From Felis catus (Eukaryota), in assembly GCF_018350175.1 (NCBI RefSeq), contig NC_058368.1, forward strand, positions 196,666,001-196,730,000: 64,000 bases of DNA, read 5' to 3'. The notes beneath the pieces were generated by a model. That model was not told the origin of the DNA, searched no databases, and worked only from the letters and a program-made list of their open reading frames with translations. Made by a program: the position numbers and the translations under genes. Shown piece after piece: positions 12,122 to 25,372 of this stretch; positions within the stretch are counted from its first letter, which is position 1, and every line of letters starts with the position of its first letter.

Positions 12122-14314
12122 CTGAAGTGAGGAGCACGGGCGGAGCAGAGAGGGACACAGTTAGCCAATGCCTTGGGCTCCGCACACGCAGCACCGTCAC
12201 CCCCCTGCCAATCCCCTCCCCTCCTTCCCCAGTCATCAGATGGCTCAGCGTTGCCGGGATAGCAGATGCCGAAGAAATATGTTATCGACTCCAGGAATCA
12301 CAGAAGTTTGCGAGCAGGCAGCAGGTGATGCTGGAAGGAGCCTTGCCCTGGGAGCCCCGCTCCTAACTGTGCTGCTCATCAGTGTGCAACCTTGGGCACA
12401 GGGCTGTCCACCTGAGACACCTGGCCCCTTTACCAAGGACAGCAGCTCTACACCACGGCCTCCTGCATCCAACTCCTGGGACGCAGCCCCCAGCCCCTGA
12501 AGCTGGTCTCTCTGCCTCTGAGAACAGCATCCACCACAGCGTCCCAGCCCCTCTGACTCTGGGGCCCAGGCAGGCAGTGTATACGCTGGAAGCTTCAGGG
12601 TTGGCCATGACAATGACAACCACCGCAATAAGAAAACCACTACGATTGCCCAGAGGGTTTCCAGGCCTTGCTCACCGCTCAAGAGTGGTCAGGAGCTTGG
12701 GCTCTGGAGCTGGGGTTGAATCCCAGATCCCACACTTACCAGCTGTGGGTGCTCAGGCAAGAGCGAGGAACAGAAAGGCTTCGTGAACATTGCCTCAGGT
12801 AAACCTTATAATAACCTCTACCAGGGGAGCGCTACTCTAATCTCCATTTTGCAATTGGGGAAACTGAGGATCGTGGAGGTTGAACAAGGTGTCCAGGGTC
12901 ACATAGCAGATCCGGGACAGAGGCAGGACTTCCACCATGACATACATGAGCCAAGACTCTTGCTTTTCTGATGTCTAAGATCTGTAATGACACGGGTCAG
13001 CATGGATGCTCCCAGACCACCCGCAGACACCAGCCCGGCGGCCCCCATGCCCAGAGGCCCTGGCGTGTGGCCATCACACTGCTTCCGGGTGAGCGAGGCA
13101 CCTCGCTCGTTTAGTAAACCCTGGTTGCTGGGCCTGTTCTGGCAGGAGGCACATTCTGTCACATGATGCCCCCGCCAGCACTCGTTCCCATCCCAGGTCA
13201 GGCTGTTTATCCTTTCTTCAGGAAGTGCATCTGAAATATGCATCTCGTGACGGCCCTTTGGCTGCACTAAATCTGTTCCAGCCCTTGCAACTGGAGCAGC
13301 AGCTGAGTAACTCGAAGGGGGGACATGGGGAGGAGAGAACAAACGCATTTGTAATTTTTGGAACAGAGCTAAAATAAAAGAAAGGTCAAAAGGAGGTTTT
13401 CGTTGGGCCTGACCCAGGCCCTGGGGAGTGTGTGTGGGGGTGGGGGAAATGACACACAAGGGCAGATCCAGGCCCGTGGGCTCTGGCTCGAGAATGTGAT
13501 GGGGCTCACTCGACTGCTCCCCACGCCCCCCACCCGCTGCCACCACCCTCAGGCCAGAGCCCCCCGTATTCCCAGAGTGATCTGTCTAGCCCAGCAGGGA
13601 GTTCAGACCTTGCAACCGGGGACCCAATGACCACTCTTGGGGCTGACCACCTGGGGCTCTGCCACCATAGGGTGATTGTGGCCAAACAGCTTCTCTCTTC
13701 TAAGCCTTGCTGTTTTTTCTGCAAAATGGGACGACATGATTCCTGCCCCCACCCCCACCCTAACTGTCTGCTTAGGAAGGCCGAGCTGGGAAGCAGTGCT
13801 AGAAATGCTCCCTAGGGTGCTCCCAGGCCTAGCTCGGCGCCTGGGGCAGGTGGCTCCCAGGCAGATCTACGGAGGAGAAGAATGAATGCACCAAACAATG
13901 ACTTCTGGCCACAGGGCGAGACTCAGATCTTCGTCTCAAAGGAGAGACTCTAAGAAGGAAGTTATTCAGAAATGATGTCATCGGCACTGGATGGAGGAGA
14001 GTTCCCTTTCTCACAGGGACAACGGCCAAATGTCCAGAGATACAACGAACTATCACAAATATCAGAGCTGGATCCCTCAGGGCTCCTGTAGTGATGACCA
14101 GAAATGTTAAACATGCGGCCCACGTGTCCCGCCTCCCCCCCATATCACTAACCAGTTGTGGCCTTCGTTCCTTCCACACCAAAATCTTTCTTAACACGGC
14201 CCTCTAGGCAATGACTACCATTCCCCATTTCCTCACGAGGAAACCTATTCGCCATTCATTTTGAGGGGGCAGGCGGAGAATGAAAGTCCAGGAAACAGAC
14301 TTGTCAGGGGCGGC

Positions 14315-14843
14315 GGGGGGGGGGGGGGGGGGGGTGGTCAAGGACTCACTACGTGCCAGGCACCGCGCAAAAAATGAATACAACATGGCAAAGACCTCAA
14401 GAAGCACCCAACAGGCTGGACAAAATCAAAATGAGTGACAAAAGGCCTCCTCCCTCTCCTCAGCCCTTCCTGGGCCGCTCCAGCTCGGGAGAAAGGCCGT
14501 TCTGCCCGCAGCATCCGTCAGTGCTAAGGGTAATACATCACCAGGGGCCGTGCCACCCTCTCCTCTTCCCGGGCCCATTGGCCAGGCTCTCCCCACTCCG
14601 CTTGGAAGTAGAGTGCAAATTAATGGAGAGTTAATCAGCAGAGGAAAGGATATTAATAGACTCAGCCCCACCCCAGCCTTCCTGAGCGGCTCTCAAGCTA
14701 GAGGAAAAGGAGTCTTCAAGAAATCTGAGGGGAAAGTGCTTCACTTTGAAGGCCCAGGAGGGCCTGGAAGGAATGACACAGAACAGGATTTCTGTCACAA
14801 GGGCCACAGAACACTCAAAAATCCCCCCCCCCCCCCCCCCCCC
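14315..14843. repeat. G20 (14315-14334) and C21 (14823-14843) homopolymers
   Basis: Read directly from the sequence. Confidence 0.9.
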
Positions 14844-16389
14844 GTCCAGGGGGCTCGACTAGGGTGCAGAAAACCCAGGGTATCAGTTTTTCCGCCTTTT
14901 TGTCCAGCAGTAGGCCCATATATTTCACCAGAGCCTAAAAGGACCTGGTGACCCTCTCCCCAGCAGATGAAGAATTACTGATGGAATCCACATCCCTTCT
15001 TTATTCCTTGCATGGGGAAACCAAGGCCCAGCCTCAGGGCCCAAGACCAGGCAGCAAACTGATAAAACAACCAAATGCTTGCTTCCTCCAAAATTAATTA
15101 GCGATGGTTATGGCCCTGGCCCTAGGACTCTGGGAACACAGAAAAATGGAAGACACCATCTCTGCCCCCCCACCCCACCCCCTGCCGTTAACACTGTTAC
15201 AGTGGCTTGTCCTCCACACTCCTAGTCTATTTCCATGGAAATGGCGCCATTTGACTGGAGGGAACACAACTCTGACACAGGAGCCGGGCTCTAGGATTCC
15301 CACTGGTCAAATGAGAAAACTGAGCTTGTGGCCGATGGAGAACCCACGATGCCAGCTTGAGGTTTTTGGAATGGGCCACGCCCGGCCCTTGGCAGGGAAG
15401 AAAGTATCACAATCGGTTCCTTCATTCAACACACGTGATCGAGTCCTTACAATGCACGAGGGCCCCAGAGACTAATCAGATGCTGTTTGTCCTCAAGGAG
15501 CTCAGAGTCTAAAGGACACATAGAGACACTAGCATACATGTGCCCGCACAGGCGCACACAAGATGGGAGCCCAGGAGAGGAAGTAACTCACCGAGGGGGC
15601 GACATGAGAGCTGGCATTGAAGGAATTACTCATCTGATCGGCATTTATTAAGCCCTGAGAAAGTGCCAGGCTCTGTGCAGCGTGCTAGAAATGCACGGTG
15701 CCATCGTGGCCCCCACGGTCATGGGATTTATGACGTGTGTGTGGCAGGGGGGGTCAGGCGCTGATCACAGAATCACACCCATAGGGACGCACCGGTGGGC
15801 AGTGGGTGCAACTGGCCTGGGACTGGGAGAGCGGGCGGGGTGTGCAGACCATGACAGGGAGAGGGGCTGGGTGGGCAGAATTTGGCCAGTAGCCCTATCT
15901 GTCTGTGAGGGTTTTCTGGCTTCCTTGCTGGGCTGGGAGCCCTGGGGCCACATCAGGCTCACTTGCATCCAAGACCATTTCATGCACACAGAGAGGCTTT
16001 TCCTGACCAGCCGGTCTTCAGACCCTTTTCTCACACCTGGCTCATTCCTTTCATGCCCACGTCACAATGACCACAGTTTCTGTGTTAACTGATCTGGGGT
16101 CAGTTTTCTCTCTACACTGTACACAGCACAGTGCCTGGTGCACAGAAGGAGTTTCCATTTCTAGAAAGAAAGCTACAACACGTCGGGAGTCTATGAGATG
16201 GTGCTCGTGACACGTCAGCATGGCACTTGACACCCAGCACATTATTGTTGTTATTATTATTATATCGCCAGACAGGCATGGGGAGCTAGAGCCTCTCCCC
16301 CAAGTCTTTATAGGGGAGCATATTTCAAGGAAAGAATAATAAATCTGGATGTCCCCATCACAACACTTGAACATGGTCAATTTTATTAA

Positions 16390-16603
16390 TTATGTATGTA
16401 CATATGTATTTTGAGAGAAAGAGAGAGAGAGAGAGAGCACGAACAGGGGAGGCACGGAGAAAGAGGGAGACAGAGAATCCCAAGCAGGCTGCACACTGTC
16501 AGCGCAGAGCCCGATGCGGGGCTCAAACTCTTGAACCGCGAGATCATGCCCTGAGCCAAAACCAAGAGTCGATAATTAACCAACTGAGCCACCCAGGCGC
16601 CCC
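16390..16603 (-). mobile_element. CAN-SINE (older subfamily), sense to the gene
   Basis: Reverse-complement head ctgagccacccaggcgcccc, (GA)n; diverged TSD aacayggtcaatyttatt. Confidence 0.9.
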
Positions 16604-16829
16604 AACAACACGGTCAATCTTATTTCACATATTACCCTCCAGGCCACACACCCACACATGCAAGTGCATGCAGAACTCGTTTTATTTTGATGCAAATCCC
16701 AGACATCATTATTATTCCATATGAGAGGGCTTCTTAAAGGAAATCTCACCCATCATGTGCCCCCGAGACTGGACACAGAGCACACAAGGAGAGAGGCATT
16801 GAAATGCACAGCAATTCTCAGCACTGTCT

Positions 16830-17063
16830 CTTTTTTTTTTTTAACTTTTTAAATTTATTTTTGAGAGACAGAGAGAGAGAGATAGAGCATGAATAGGGAA
16901 GGGACACAGAGAGAGAGACACACACACACAGAACTTGAAGCAGGCTCTAGGCTCTGAGCTGTCAGCACAGAGCCCAACGCGGGGCTTGAACCATGAACTG
17001 TAAGATCGTGACCGGAGCTGAAGTCAGATGGATGCTCAACAGACTGAGCCACCCAGGCGCCCC
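16830..17063 (-). mobile_element. Feline CAN-SINE, sense to the gene
   Basis: Poly-T, tttatttttgagagac, and reverse-complement head ending gagccacccaggcgcccc. Confidence 0.92.
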
Positions 17064-17707
17064 GCCTCTTTTTTTTTTAAAGAAGTCTCTAGGCTCCAAT
17101 TGGAAAATGAAGATAACTGTACCTGGTCTAAGAGTTGTTAGGAGAATTAAATGAGTTAACACACAACAGGGACAGTCCTGCCTCAGAGCAGTTGTTCAAT
17201 ACATGTGAGTCACCTCCATTATGGCATCGCCGTGGTTATCAAGCCCTGGCTCGGGAGGCAGGCAGACTGGGTTTGCATGTAGCTTAGCTTCTGACTAGGT
17301 AAATCGCCCTAGGCATGTGACTTAACTTCCCCAAGCCTCAGTGTCCTCATCTATAAAATGGGTTCAGAATCACACCTGCCTCACAGGGTAGGGATGAGAA
17401 TTCAGTGAGATACTATAGGAAAGGGAGGTCTTGAAACCACCCAGGCCCACAGAGAGGCTCATTTCTGACTGGGCGGCACAGCAAGAGCGGCTCTTCCCAG
17501 CCCTCACTGTCCAGAGGTGATAACAGGCTCGGCCAGGGGATGAGAACTGCCCAAGATCAAGGGCAGATCCAGGACGAGAGGCAGGGTCCCAAGAGCTTTG
17601 GTGGGAGATGAGACTTCTTTGCACGAGCAAGTGCAAAAGAAGGTGGTGCAGGGCAGAGCCAGGCCTTCAGGAGTAGAGGGAGTCACCGCGAGGCTCGGAG
17701 AACGTAC

Positions 17708-17881
17708 CTGGAAAAGCTCTGAGTCGTCGGGGCTGTACTGGCTGGGTTCAGTCTCGGAGCTCTCCGGGCACCACTGCAGCTCCCCGAAGCAGGTGGCTGA
17801 GTCAAAGTCGCTGGCGTCCAGCTGGGAGAGGTCAAGCTCGGGAAAGTCAGCGCAGAGTTGCTCCTCCCCGGACCCCCCACC
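17708..17881 (-). CDS. PPARGC1B: PGC-1beta exon 2 (174 nt, N-terminal acidic activation domain)
   Basis: Acceptor tctccacag|GGT, donor CAG|gtacgt; encodes [58 protein letters not shown]. Confidence 0.97.
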
Positions 17882-18741
17882 CTGTGGAGACAGGAAGGAA
17901 GGAAGCGAGTCAGAGCTGGGTCCGAGCACAGACCCTCTTGCTCATGGTGCTGCCAGCCTGGGCCTCGGGCAGCCCTTGGCCAAGGCCTGATTTTGCCATG
18001 AGACCAAGAAATGTGAAGGTAGGCCCCGACGCTCTTGCAGCTGTTGAAAGTACCAGGAACCAAGCCAGGCCCTGGCAATACAAATCCTGCCCGCTGCTCT
18101 CTCCCCTCCTCCTTTGCGCTCCTACACATCCCTCAACGCCTCTTTCCCATAGCACCTCCCTCCTCTTACCAAAAGCGTTGTGTGCAAAACTTCATTAGAA
18201 GCTGCAAACAGAGACTCCTTTGCATTACTGTCCCCAGCTGAAAGGGGTTTCTGGGATGCGATATTAATAATGAAACAAACAACAGCAGTAATAATGGCTG
18301 GCATTACTGAGTGATTACAATATTCTGGAGAAATACTCAGCCACAGTCTCAGGGATTTTACAGGTGGATGTGTGTCATGTCTAAGATGGGGAAGACTGCT
18401 CATCCGTGCACAACAGGGAAACAAAACTATCACCACCTGTAGCATGGAACTGTTGAGAAGAACGAGGCAGACCTACACGCTCTCCAAGACACGTTAAACA
18501 GAAATGAAAACTAAATCACAGAAACTAAAAATCTAAAACTGAAACTAAACCATGAAAACTAAATCATATAGCGGGTCGAATATTAGCCCATAAAGAGAAA
18601 AATCGAACGACGCAATTCTTTCCGTACAATAGTGCATATGCAAATATACCGGAAAAGGTCTCCAAGGCTAAAAGCCACCTGACAGTGGTGGGTGGGGTAG
18701 AAGGGAGGCAGGGAGGACTGTGGCGACAGCACTGACTGAAC

Positions 18742-18880
18742 CAGCGTTTCTCAACGTGTGGCCCCAGGACCGGCAGTGTCGACACCACCTGGGACCATGT
18801 TAGAAATAATGCAGATTCTCAGGCCTAAGCCCAGACTCACTGAATCAGAAGGGGAGGGCTTTCTCACCTGGCTCCCACAT
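18742..18880. mobile_element. MER5A-like hAT-Charlie DNA transposon fossil
   Basis: cagcgtttctcaacgtgtggcccc...gttagaaataatgcagattctcaggcc...ctgaatcagaa resembles the MER5A consensus. Confidence 0.7.
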
Positions 18881-19172
18881 TTAACAACTACCAGTAGAAG
18901 GACAGAGAGACGGCCCAAGCTGGGAGGTGGACAGAAAGGGCACAGCACAGGCCTTGGGGTCCGGCAGACCCGAGTCATAATCCCCACTCGCCAGCTGTGA
19001 AACCTGGGACAAGTTCTCTTTCTCCCTCTGAAACTCAACTGCCTTACCTATAGAATGGGACACCTCCTGCCTCATACAGTTAAGGTTAAGTAAGGTGATA
19101 TTATGGCCTGGCTCAGGAGGGGCTCAATAAATGGTAGCTGACAGTAATAATAGCAAGTAAGAATGATAATAT

Positions 19173-19920
19173 GGGGCGCCTGGGTGGCTCAGTCGGTTAA
19201 GCGTTCGACTTCGGCTCAGGTCATGATCTCGCGGTTCGTGAGTTTGCACCCCGCATCGGGCTCTGTGCTGACCGCTCAGAGCCTGGAGCCTCCTTCAGAT
19301 TCTGTGTCTCCCTCTCTCTCTGGCCCTTCCCCTCTCGAGCTCTGTCTCTGTCTCTCTCTCTCTCAAAAATAAATAAACATTAAAAAAATAATAAATAGGG
19401 GCGCCTGGGTGGCGCAGTCAGTTAAGCGTCCGACTTCAGCCAGGTCACGATCTCGCGGTCCGTGAGTTCGAGCCCCGCGTCAGGCTCTGGGCTGATGGCT
19501 CAGAGCCTGGAGCCTGTTTCCGATTCTGTGTCTCCCTCTCTCTCTGCCCCTCCCCCGTTCATGCTCTGTCTCTCTCTGTCCCACAAATAAATAAACGTTG
19601 AAAAAAAATATTAAAAAAAAAGAAAAAAAGAAAAAAATAATAAATAAATAGAAAGGAAGGAAGGAAGGAAGGAAGGAAGGAAGGAACAGGGGCGCTGACT
19701 GGCTTAGTCAGTTAAGTGTCCGACTTCGGCTCAGGTCATGATCTCGTGGCTCGTGGGTTTGAACCCCGCATCGGGCTCTGTGCTGACAGCTTGGAGCCTG
19801 CAACCTGCTTCGGATTCTGTGTCTCCCTCTCTCTCTGCCCCTCCCCACTCTCGTTCTTCCTCTCAAAAACGAATAAACATTTAAAAAATCTTTTTTAATT
19901 TAAAAAAAGATAAAGAAATA
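19173..19920 (+). mobile_element. Three tandem feline CAN-SINEs (starts 19173, 19398, 19689) with a (GAAG)n microsatellite at about 19651-19686
   Basis: Three successive GGGGCGC heads, each followed by a CT-rich region and an A-rich tail. Confidence 0.94.
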
Positions 19921-20439
19921 ATAATAATAACAATGACAACAGTGTCTCATGGTGGGCAGAGAGGGTGGAGCTGCCTTAGAGAACAAAAAAATGCCTATGT
20001 GACACTTAAAAGAAATAGGTTTTGCACAGGCCTTTTCCTTAATTGTTCCCACTTACTAAGCCTCATAAATTATGAACAAATGTATATTATTAGCTCAACT
20101 TGACACAGGAAAAAGGCTTTTATCCGAATTTGGGTCAAATGTCTTAATTGGCGTTTTGCAAGAAGCCTGTATCCACAGACAGCACCAGGGCCAGGTTCTC
20201 TCAAGTGGCTGGTCCCCTGCTCAGACTAGGGACCATGGTGCCCTGCGAGCCTCTGTCTCCAGGGACATCCCCCCCCCCCCAGGATCATTCCAGGCCCCGC
20301 CCAACACCCTACTACTTCTGGTCATCACGCTCAGCTGCCCTGGCCGCAGGGAACACTCAGGCGGACTCTCAGCCTCCTCAGCCTCCTCTGCGTCCTGTCA
20401 GACTGTGCGGATGCAGCAGCCTTGCCTGTTCTAGATAGA

Positions 20440-21250
20440 TGATCCGTTTGTTTCCAGTCCCTGGCTACCGCGAACACGTCTGCAATATGTGTGCACAAGC
20501 CTTTGCGCGGACGTACGTTTTCAGTTCCCCTGGGTAAACATTTCGGAGTGGAATTGCTGGGTCATAAATGGATGTGACTTGATAAAACGACAAAATTGTT
20601 CTCCCAAATTGCCCGTGCCACAGTACATGCTTATCAGCTGTGCTGAGAGCGCCGACTGTTCCACACCCTCCCCGGCCCTGGGTGTTGTCACAGTCATTTT
20701 AATTTTAGCCACGCTAGTGAGTGCGTTCCCACATTTATTAAATGCTACTATGAGCCAGGCACCGGGACATGGAGGCCTCAGTTGATTCCTTCACAAGTTG
20801 GCATCTTCGCGGGGAAGAAAACACATGCATATTTGATTATAGGTTGGGTTAGTGTCACGAAGGAAACAGGCCAGGTGCACTGACGGAGGACAAGAGAGGG
20901 AGGCGAAGTCTCTGTTAGTGGGGGGGTCAGGAAAGGCTTCCTGGGAGAGCCGACATCCGAGTTGAGACTTGGAGAAGTCAGGCAGTGGAAGACGTGGGGA
21001 AGAACGTTCCAGGCGGAGGGGCAGCAAGGCAAAGACCCAAGTGCGGGCCAGGCCTAGAGCACGAGGCACCGACCAAAGGTTGGTGAGGCGGCAGCTCGGG
21101 GAGTGACGGGGGGGATGGGGGAAGAGGCCTTCAGAGAGGCAGGTGGAGGCCAGATCAGGTGGGGATTGGAAGGGATTTGGGTTTTACTCCAAGCGTGATG
21201 GGGGTGGGGCCAGCAGGGAAGCAGGCGGATGTGGCATCCAGGACAGGGGC
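20440..21250. mobile_element. L1M fragment (minus, about 20440-20720) followed by an L2 fragment (plus, about 20730-21250)
   Basis: ggagtggaattgctgggtcata...cattttaattttagcca (L1) and catttattaaatgctactatgagccaggcac...gtcaggaaaggcttcctgggag (L2). Confidence 0.65.
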
Positions 21251-22321
21251 AGGTGGCGGGGCTGGGAGGTACCACTCAGGCAGGCAGGGCCGGCACACCG
21301 AGGGCCTGTGGAGTGGGAGGGAGGGCCAAAGCAGAGACACGTGAGTGCTGAACGTGCTGAAGGGCTAGTGTCTCACTGCCCCTGGGATCTCATTGGCCGG
21401 CAAAGCCCTCAGTGATGAGCTCCCTTGGGGAGTTCTATGTCCCGGATCCCTCTCATCCCTGTAACTCAGAGAAGCCACATCTGTAGCACTTGCTTCTTGA
21501 GGCCTAGAAACCCAGACTGGCGAGGAACCAGCCGCCCTGAGAGGCTGTCCAGGACAGTCACCGTGGACAATCTGGGAGTCAGAGGCCCCTTCAAGAACCA
21601 GACGAAAGCTATGGACAGCTTTTAGGTTACCCATTAAATATGTCTGAGCAACGCGTGTGCGTGCAAGAAATTCATACTTCTAGGCCTTCACGAACGCAGC
21701 CTAAGGACTCCTGGCCGGCTGGCCTACCTCCTTCACTTTGCAGATATGGAAACTGAGGCCCAAAGAGGATAGTAGATTTGCTCAGGGTCATCCAGGGAGT
21801 GTCCTTCCCATCAAAACCACGCCACCTCCTTTACAAAACACCCATAAAATGGCAGTGACTGCTGCACTTATCGATTAGCCACAGCAGCTCGGCATACCCT
21901 AAGTATACCCAGGACACAAAAATAAAGAAACCTCAGCTTCGCGGCCTTGGCAATTAGGGCCGAGGCCACTCTCTAGCTAAAAACCATTAAGCACTGCGTT
22001 AATAGTGATTTCTCTGGCCCTCTCCGTATTTGGAAAGGCTTTTCGAAGGGGTGCCTTGGGTGACCCAGTTCTCTTGGAAAGGTCTGACATCAGGTCTCCT
22101 TGTTCCTTACCAGCCATCTTCTGCGGGCCCCCCTAGCAGAGCTGGGAGGTCACAGCACAGGACTGACTACAGCCACTGCTATTACTGAGCGCTTACCAAA
22201 CGCCGAGGGCTGCACTAAGTACCTTATGCACATCCTCTCATCAGATTCCTAAAATAACCCTCCAGGGCAGATGTCATTGTCCCATTACTAATCAGGAAAC
22301 TCAGAGAGGGAGTCACTCTCA

Positions 22322-22927
22322 TTAGTTGCCCAGGGCTGCTGTAACCAAGCGCCACAGGCTGGGTGGCTTCATTTTTTTTTTAAGTTTATTTATTCCTTTT
22401 TGAGAGAGCCAGAGCAAGCAGGGGAGGGGCAGAGACAGGGGTTGGGGGAGAAAGAGAGAATCCCAAGCAGGCTCAGTGCCGTCAGCACAGAGTCCAATCT
22501 CACAAACCATGACCCAAGCAGAAACCAAGAGTGGGACGCTTCACTGACTGAGCCACCCAGGTGTCGTTGGCTGGGTGGCTTAACCAACAGAAATGTTTTC
22601 TCTTCCCGCTCTGGAGGCTGGAAGGCTGAGCTCAAGGTGTTGGCAGGGGCGGCCCCTTCTGAGGCCACTCTTGTTGGCTTGTGAACGACCTTCTCCCTGT
22701 ACGTCTTCCCACCGGCTCCCTCCCTCTGTGGGTGCCTGTCTCTGTGTCCACATTTCCCCTTTTGATAAGGACACCAGCCATGTTGGATTAGGGTCCATGC
22801 TAATGACCTCACTTGAACTAGATGACCTCTGTAAAGACCCTATCTCCAAATCAGGTCACATTCTTGAGGTACTAGAGGGTTAGGATCCAAACATCATCTT
22901 TTGGAAGACACAGCTCAACCCACAGTA
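22322..22927. mobile_element. MLT1A/B-like MaLR solo LTR interrupted by a CAN-SINE (22372-22565, minus)
   Basis: ttagttgcccagggctgctgtaac...aacagaaatgttttctct...aaagaccctatctccaaat...acacagctcaacccac; TSD ggctgggtggctt around the SINE. Confidence 0.85.
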
Positions 22928-24899
22928 CCCAGGGTCCCAGAAAGGCGAAGCTGAGATTCCAAGCCAAGTCTCTTTGTTCCCTGCAAAGCCTGTGTTTTTT
23001 TTTACTTCTGAAAGTGAGAAGGAACATTCAAGACCATTTATTCCCATTTACAGATAGGAAGGTGGAGCTTCAGACAAGATCTGAGAAAGATCCAAGTCAT
23101 GTGGCAGGTTCACGGCTGCACAGGAACAGGTGTGGGGCCACACACAGGACGTCTCGTGCATATGGCCCCCTCTGGTCTCCACTATTGGTCCGTTCACACC
23201 CCTGCCGGGGGATGCCCCTCTGGTCGCTGAGCCCTCTGTACCCATTCCCTCAGCAGCATCACACCCCTGATCTGAAAAGGCTGTGGCTGCCCTAAGCCAG
23301 GGAGATAAATGGCCCTAGCGGTGGATTAATGGTGTTTTGTACAGATTCACATAAGTGGCTTCATTGGAAGCCTGTGTATCTTGTTGGAAATCGATTCCCT
23401 GCTTAAGAAAGAATGCATCTTCAGGAAAAATTGGTGACTCCACTTTCCTGACTACAATCAGCAAATCGTCGAGCTTCGTCCCTGGCCCAGAGCACATTCT
23501 CGGGGTTACTGAGCAGAAGGAAGCAGGAAGGGGGAAAGAGGGAGGCAGCAGTGACAGAGCTCGGGTTCTGGGTCTGTCCACATTCACTATGTGTCCTTTA
23601 CCATGTGTGCACTTCGCTATGTCACCTCCCCTCTCAGTTCCCACTGCCCCTCCTATTAAAGAGAACATCAAACAGACAGACTTTATGACCCCTCTTGCTC
23701 AATCAAGCATTTGATACAATTCTGTACTAATCTAGTCTCTGAAATCCACATAGGCTTTCAGGAACTATCTAGGTAGAACTCGGCATTTAACTAATAAATA
23801 AATGAATTAATGAATTTACCGAAGGGGACCCAAAGGCGGAGCGAGAAATACTGTCTTGAAATGCAAAGAGGCTTAGACAAAGGTCGGGGCCCTGGCTTTG
23901 CTATTAATGCTAATCCTTTGAGGTCAGGACATAACTTTGGCCACTTCAGTTTCTCTTGAAGAAATGGGGATAATAAAAAGCATCCTACCTCACAGGGTTC
24001 TTACAAAGATAAAGTAACATGGGTTGGGAGCCTAGCATGCATCAGACACCCCATGAATGGTAGTCAGAGATACAGCACCTACAGTTGACTTTCAAGTGAC
24101 ATTCACAGCTACGCTCTCATGGACACCTTCCCAAATGCAGGAGTGGTCAGTGGTCAGCGTCTCCACTTAACTGACGGAAAAATAGGGGCTCTCAGAGGAT
24201 CAATGCTTGAACTTGTCTTCTTACCCATCCCCTCGGTCCTTAAACCTACTGGTTAAACCGACTGGCTCTTCCAACCCTGTGTTCCTTCCACCTCCACCAG
24301 CTCCTGGATCCCAGTGTTATCATCACTCATGGTTTCTGCTGGAGGAACACCCTCGCTCTGACAGCCAGACTACACTGGCTGTCTCCAGGCCTGCCTGGGA
24401 TGGTGGGGAGCAGAGCCCCTACCCAGGCCTGACAGACCTGTTGACCACCATCTTGGATGCTCTAAGTACAAGATGGTACTTAGGCTGGCACCCTACTACC
24501 AGCTCAGAGCCTCCTCCACTGATAATAAGCTGTCTTTGACGGTCTGAGGCAAGTTTTCTCTTTTAAATTGCAATCGGGAATGCCCAGCCCAGCCACGAGA
24601 GCTGCTACGGTGGCAGGTACCCGGCAGTGAGGTCACCTTTCCTGCCTTCCTCACCATGGTGGACACCACGAACTGAACACAACTATATTTCCTGCTGAGC
24701 CCCATGCCTACTCAGAATGGAGCCTTAGTAGCCACTACTCATGAATCAGAACTGGCCTGGTCTAGATCTAGAACCCTGGGCCCATCCTCGCCTTCTACGA
24801 AGGAAGTAAGGTTGGTATTCATAAAGTTCCTGCAAAGCCATTTCATTGCACACGTTTTCTTCCCCTCCCACCTCTGATGTGGCTGGCCTCCCACCCACC

Positions 24900-25372
24900 C
24901 CCCCTTCTTAATGGTGGCGGCCTCCTGATTTTTCTTGGGGAAGCCGCCCCTCCCTGCCACCCAGACAGTCCAGGTAAGCACGGTCTGGCTAATTAAAATG
25001 CTTCGTCCAGTGACCACAACAACTGCTTCAATTCGTTCAGAGGTGGATCAGAGTGAACACCCAAGAATTCGCCGGCTCGTTTAGACAGAGGGGCTTAGCT
25101 GATTAAATTTAATTCTGGAGCGACTGGCAGCCATCTTGGCCACCACCTGGGAAGAGAGCCTGCCTGGAAAGGAAGCCGGCATAAGGAATGCAGACCAAGA
25201 AGCAGAGAGAGACAGAGAGTCCTGATAAAATAATTTAAACACTTGGATCCAGCTGTGCCTGAAGCCAGTCTATTCTCTGTACTCTGCAGTTATATGAGTG
25301 AGTAAGTTCCTTTTCAGATTACACACCAGCTGGAGTTTCTGTCACCTATCAATGAAAAAGTTATGACTAATT
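24900..25372. mobile_element. Old MLT1 (J/K/L-like) LTR fragment
   Basis: ggcagccatcttggccacc...cttggatccagctgtgcctgaagcc...tttctgtcacct...tgactaat. Confidence 0.7.

Larger units (their letters stand above)
2261..17881 (-). other. PPARGC1B: PPARGC1B gene, span of coding exons 2-8 (partial gene; exon 1 lies beyond the window end, exons 9-12 before the window start)
   Basis: Seven exons with canonical AG/GT ends and compatible phases (0,0,0,0,1,2,1,2) translate into one continuous PGC-1beta protein from GGGSGEEQL to SPAVRRTF(R). Confidence 0.98.

Noticed and set aside
18506..18570. Degenerate aaactaaa tandem repeats
   Set aside because: Short slippage repeat within an old L1-like fragment; no spacer structure, so not a CRISPR-like array.
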